DNA of 41,411 nt from Candidatus Zixiibacteriota bacterium (GTDB lineage: Bacteria; Zixibacteria; MSB-5A5; UBA10806), in assembly GCA_020348065.1 (NCBI GenBank), contig CP070742.1:2229907-2271317 (forward strand). Direction: 5' to 3'. Position numbers and translations under genes: made by a program. A model generated the notes under the pieces. It saw nothing but the letters and a program-made list of their open reading frames with translations, did no database searches and was not told where the DNA came from. This document shows positions 39,301-41,411 of this stretch, in pieces (position 1 is the stretch's first letter; every line of letters starts with the position of its first letter).

Positions 39301-39385
39301 GGGCGTGAGCCAGAGATGCGGCGGTTACGGCCACCAAAAGGATAGCTATAACCGTGAAGCTCAAACGTGCATTTTTAAATGACAT
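36311..39385 (-). CDS. secreted phage-tail-fibre-like protein with Gly-rich beta-helix repeats and a C-terminal Peptidase_S74-type intramolecular chaperone domain (paralogue B)
   Basis: Signal peptide. Shared N-terminal domain AMTYQGILKDSGGNPVIDSVYSVTFRIY. Repeated tail-fibre motif VGIGTSTPxxKLxV, five copies. Duplicated GYVLTSDGSGTGTWQ...GGSDSDWVI module. About 280 aa of GGGxxNxAxGxxSTIGGG repeats. C-terminal SSRSFKEN...ERHIGPYAEEF...VALAGVKELIDIIEELKIKNAELENRIAELENR. AAAGGAGGAAAAATG Shine-Dalgarno. Confidence 0.72.
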   Translation of the reverse strand: MSFKNARLSFTVIAILLVAVTAASLAHAQESSILSGNGSIPNIITSVPRAMTYQGILKDSGGNPVIDSVYSVTFRIYDAESGGTSEWSEILPCTTSAGYFTAIFSNINIPFDEDYWLELEVDSEILTPRQKITMVGYSARSDTSDYAAAGGGWVDDGLNVHLETSYDKVGIGTSGPVNKLHVTGSESLPILNVEQYGSSRAARFFSQNVCALWVEHAGNHGLRVTSANGDGIRIESAGGNGIRIDEAAGWAGYFGGKGYFEDSVGIGTSTPTEKLDVVGSAKMDGFKMPTSASDGYVLTSDGSGTGTWQAAPGGSDSDWVIVDTNMYSGVTGNVGIGTSTPVSKLEVEDASPDIRIDAPLSGEAYLRFSQDDDQKAFVRTNAGGDLQLDTEASGQEAVTILNSNANVGIGIPNPLAKLHVAGTARMDGFALPTGASNGYVLTSDGSGTGTWQLPSGGSDSDWVISGNDQYSGVSGNVGIGTPIPSERLHVYGNIKSTGTIESGNAIVIDGSNNRITSTYGNISFDDENLVTTGKATIGPGNFNSGQQSFIAGRNNNIHGDRSVISGGEDNTASNDHAAVGGGRYNDASGTYSTIGGGYDNNAIGTASNIGGGQNNNAQSSWTTISGGRNNTVSYSYSTIGGGIANSATGQSSTIGGGTTNTVTNYGGTIGGGGADTVEAFWGGVSAGYHNIAGDAHEDTAAYVGGGYENSATAQFSSVCGGRENTASGDYATVGGGTSNDATGISTTVGGGDNNTASYAHATVGGGMTNTSSGNYSTVGGGFINFANQTGSTISGGYYNIVTGVYSAIGGGGENSVAGVSSAIGGGWDNTIDGDNSAVPGGYQCNLTTKADYSMAFGKGVYIDTSYRAAFFEGDNSGFLGINRDDNDGGILYPIHIGTGTSNGNGARVTTGGVWTNGSSRSFKENGLRLDGTDLLNKISNLNVESWNFIDSDERHIGPYAEEFVDAFDVGDIRESDGQREDHYLAAGDVAGVALAGVKELIDIIEELKIKNAELENRIAELENR

Positions 39386-39580
39386 TTTTCCTCCTTTTTG
39401 GAGTATTTTAGAGATTTATTCTATTTTTGAAGTACAGCCTGGCCATTTTGTGGTGTCAATCTTATTAATGATAATAAATATGGATTATTATGTCAATTGC
39501 AAAGATGATTTATGGAGGATTTTATTAATATTTACGAATTTACTGTTTTAAATCGGGAATCCGGATATAACCAGGGCTTA

Positions 39581-39823
39581 TCACCTGAACGGATTGGCCG
39601 AGCTTTTGATATTCTCGCGATGGGAGCGTACCTCCTCGATAAGTTTCACGAGCTGATTGACATTGGTAAGCATGGTCTCATCCTGTTCATTCTCCAGCCA
39701 TTCCAGGGCTTTGGCGATCCGGGGCCTGTCGAGGTCGGCCTCGACGACCCATCGTTTGGTATTATTCCTTTTCGACATTTGTCCCCTCCGTCGTTTTCGG
39801 CCATTTACGTCAAAATCCGTCAA
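39581..39823 (-). CDS. small hypothetical protein (about 65-80 aa)
   Basis: ORF between the C25 peptidase and tail-fibre genes. Charged and helical (LVKLIEEVRSHRENIK). No motif recognised. Start ambiguous (MTDF or MSKRN). Confidence 0.3.
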   Translation of the reverse strand: MTDFDVNGRKRRRGQMSKRNNTKRWVVEADLDRPRIAKALEWLENEQDETMLTNVNQLVKLIEEVRSHRENIKSSANPFR

Positions 39824-39927
39824 ATGTCAATAATATTCTGGCGCGCAACGGAGGATTATAAAGCTGTAAACGCGAAATCAGGGGTGTTGATTTGTTCCTT
39901 TAGCAGGATTATTCATCAAATTCGAAA

Positions 39928-41411
39928 TTATTTTAACAGGATCATTTTCCTGGTTTCCGCCATATCCCCCGCCCGCAAGCGGTAGAAATAGACGCCGCTG
40001 GAGAGTTTTGAGGCATCGAAAGTAACAGTGTGAACGCCCGCCTGTCTGTAGTCATCAATCAAAGTTTCAACCTGCCGGCCGAGGAGGTCGTATATGGCTA
40101 ATTGCACATTTTGCGGTTCGGGTAATACGAATTTAACAATCGTCCTGGCGTTAAAGGGGTTGGGGTAGTTTCGGGAAAGGAAGATACGGTTCGGCAATTT
40201 TATCGGCGAATTATCTATTCCGACGATAGTCGAATCTCCGCCTCGTTCCAGGCCCGGATCGCCGTAGAGGTTAAAAGTAAATAAATCCCAGTATTCGGCA
40301 AAATGATTCCAATTATATGTATAACTACAATAAAATTCCGAATTGTAAAGCGCTTCTCCCACCTTTTCGGGTCCGCCGGGACCGTTTAACAGGTAATGGT
40401 TAAATTCATAGCAATGTTGTTCTCCACCGCCGGTAGATACCCATACCAATCGCGTTCCGCTGACGATGCCGGCGGAGGCGCCGAATGAGGGTTTGGTCAA
40501 CAGGTCGATTCCGAGATTGCCCCAGGCATTCGGTTCCGGGTAGCCAACCATACAGGACAGCGCGAACAGGATTGATGGATAATCATCATCGAGGTTTGAA
40601 TTAATGCTGATAAAATCGGGCCACCACATCTCGTTAGGATCATTTGTTTCCGGAATGCCGTCCCCATCGTCCCACGACCATATTTTTTGCGCGACTCCGC
40701 TGGACCAACCGTGGGCATACCAATTTACCATCCCGTATCGACCATTTCGCCAATCCCCGATAAACGCCGCTTCGCTCAACGCCAGCCAATTATGGACTGA
40801 AGGCGCCAGGCCCTGCCGTTCGCTATAATGAGTCACGGTCATGCCGTTCATAATATCAGTTTCGATCTGATTCATAAGTACGGCCCCGTCCACCAGATCC
40901 CGTCCGCTGTGGTTCTCGTTGGCATAAAATGCTATAGCCCCGGCATTCAGCACCCGATTTTTCCAGTCACCGGTGTTCATCTCGTACGCGGCAAGTTTAT
41001 TAAGGGCATATGTTATCCGGTTTGTGTTGCTTGTAGGAATTCTGCCGACATAAACCTCGGCCAGAAAATCAGGTGTATCCTGACCGTACTCGCCGCGGAA
41101 ACCGTCGCCATCCGAATCCCAGGATAGATAATCAGGAGCCGAGAGGTCGGCGTAGTAATAGTCGGTGGGTACATCGCCGCTCCAGGGCCATGACGATGGA
41201 TCCCCGGCGCCATTGGCGTGGTTATCCGGATTAGGATAACAGTAGCGCATGGGGATTGTCGCGATATCGCCTACCAGAAGCACGTACTCGACACCCCATA
41301 ATCCGTAGTAGTCTATGAGGAAATTTCGGATCTGCTCGGCGAGGTCGTCACCGGGCTGAACGGTTATCTCGATATCGGTGGTCAGGACGATTCTAACGTT
41401 ATATCCCAGGT
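39928..41411 (-). CDS. gingipain-like peptidase C25 family protein with a T9SS-type C-terminal sorting domain (5' end lies beyond the window)
   Basis: The reading frame stays open upstream of the annotated Met to the window edge (...EQIRNFLIDYYGLWGVEYVLLVGDIATIP, the C25 N-terminal pattern). Candidate His and Cys sites WYAHGWSSG and LFALSCMVGYPE. C-terminal YPNPFNARTIVKFVLPEPQNVQLAIYDLLGRQVETL...GVYFYRLRAGDMAETRKMILLK is a textbook Por secretion tail. Confidence 0.7.
   Translation of the reverse strand, partial: LGYNVRIVLTTDIEITVQPGDDLAEQIRNFLIDYYGLWGVEYVLLVGDIATIPMRYCYPNPDNHANGAGDPSSWPWSGDVPTDYYYADLSAPDYLSWDSDGDGFRGEYGQDTPDFLAEVYVGRIPTSNTNRITYALNKLAAYEMNTGDWKNRVLNAGAIAFYANENHSGRDLVDGAVLMNQIETDIMNGMTVTHYSERQGLAPSVHNWLALSEAAFIGDWRNGRYGMVNWYAHGWSSGVAQKIWSWDDGDGIPETNDPNEMWWPDFISINSNLDDDYPSILFALSCMVGYPEPNAWGNLGIDLLTKPSFGASAGIVSGTRLVWVSTGGGEQHCYEFNHYLLNGPGGPEKVGEALYNSEFYCSYTYNWNHFAEYWDLFTFNLYGDPGLERGGDSTIVGIDNSPIKLPNRIFLSRNYPNPFNARTIVKFVLPEPQNVQLAIYDLLGRQVETLIDDYRQAGVHTVTFDASKLSSGVYFYRLRAGDMAETRKMILLK

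Noticed and set aside
33075-39385. Prophage or phage remnant interpretation of the tail-fibre-like genes
   Set aside because: There are no capsid, portal, terminase, tape-measure, baseplate, lysis, integrase or repressor genes in 41 kb. The proteins carry Sec signal peptides, which points to host secretion rather than virion assembly. The tRNA-Val is 16 kb away with housekeeping genes in between.

Overview
This 41.4 kb window is densely coding (about 45 genes, most on the minus strand) and probably comes from an uncultivated Gram-negative bacterium. Four secreted proteins end in a type IX secretion (T9SS) C-terminal sorting domain, which points to an FCB-group-like lineage. The sequence does not allow a finer placement.

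The first ~19 kb is a housekeeping block:
- an ECF sigma factor with a zinc-finger anti-sigma factor
- a minimal nifS-nifU Fe-S cluster module and tatA
- purQ-purS and purB flanking phosphatidylserine synthase and decarboxylase genes
- transaldolase, and truA translationally coupled to an orphan ecfT
- an MFS transporter
- an iron-homeostasis locus: a Fur-family regulator, a near-consensus Fur box, feoB, an overlapping small Cys-rich ORF and a DtxR-family regulator
- guaB, a coiled-coil zinc-ribbon protein and tRNA-Val(CAC)

After a membrane-anchored rhodanese, a DoxX pair and a truncated, frameshifted isocitrate dehydrogenase remnant, the rest of the window is dominated by envelope and secreted proteins:
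- two tandem FadL/PorV-like outer-membrane barrels
- a BNR/Asp-box propeller protein with a T9SS C-terminal domain
- a protein built from four tandem repeats of about 107 aa
- a co-directional SPFH/zinc-ribbon, zinc-ribbon-protein and Ppx/GppA gene string
- an M28 peptidase with FN3 domains and a T9SS C-terminal domain
- a gingipain-like C25 peptidase with a T9SS C-terminal domain, cut by the window edge
- a three-gene cluster of signal-peptide-bearing proteins: a small dockerin-like repeat protein and two large (753 and 1024 aa) phage-tail-fibre-like proteins. The two large proteins share an N-terminal domain and a C-terminal Peptidase_S74-type intramolecular chaperone domain, but have unrelated repeat-rich middle regions.

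The tail-fibre-like cluster has no phage structural, replication or integration genes, and each of the two smaller genes carries a related hairpin plus a CGACAGCAC motif upstream. It is the most unusual element of the window. No rRNA, CRISPR array, transposase or integrase was seen.
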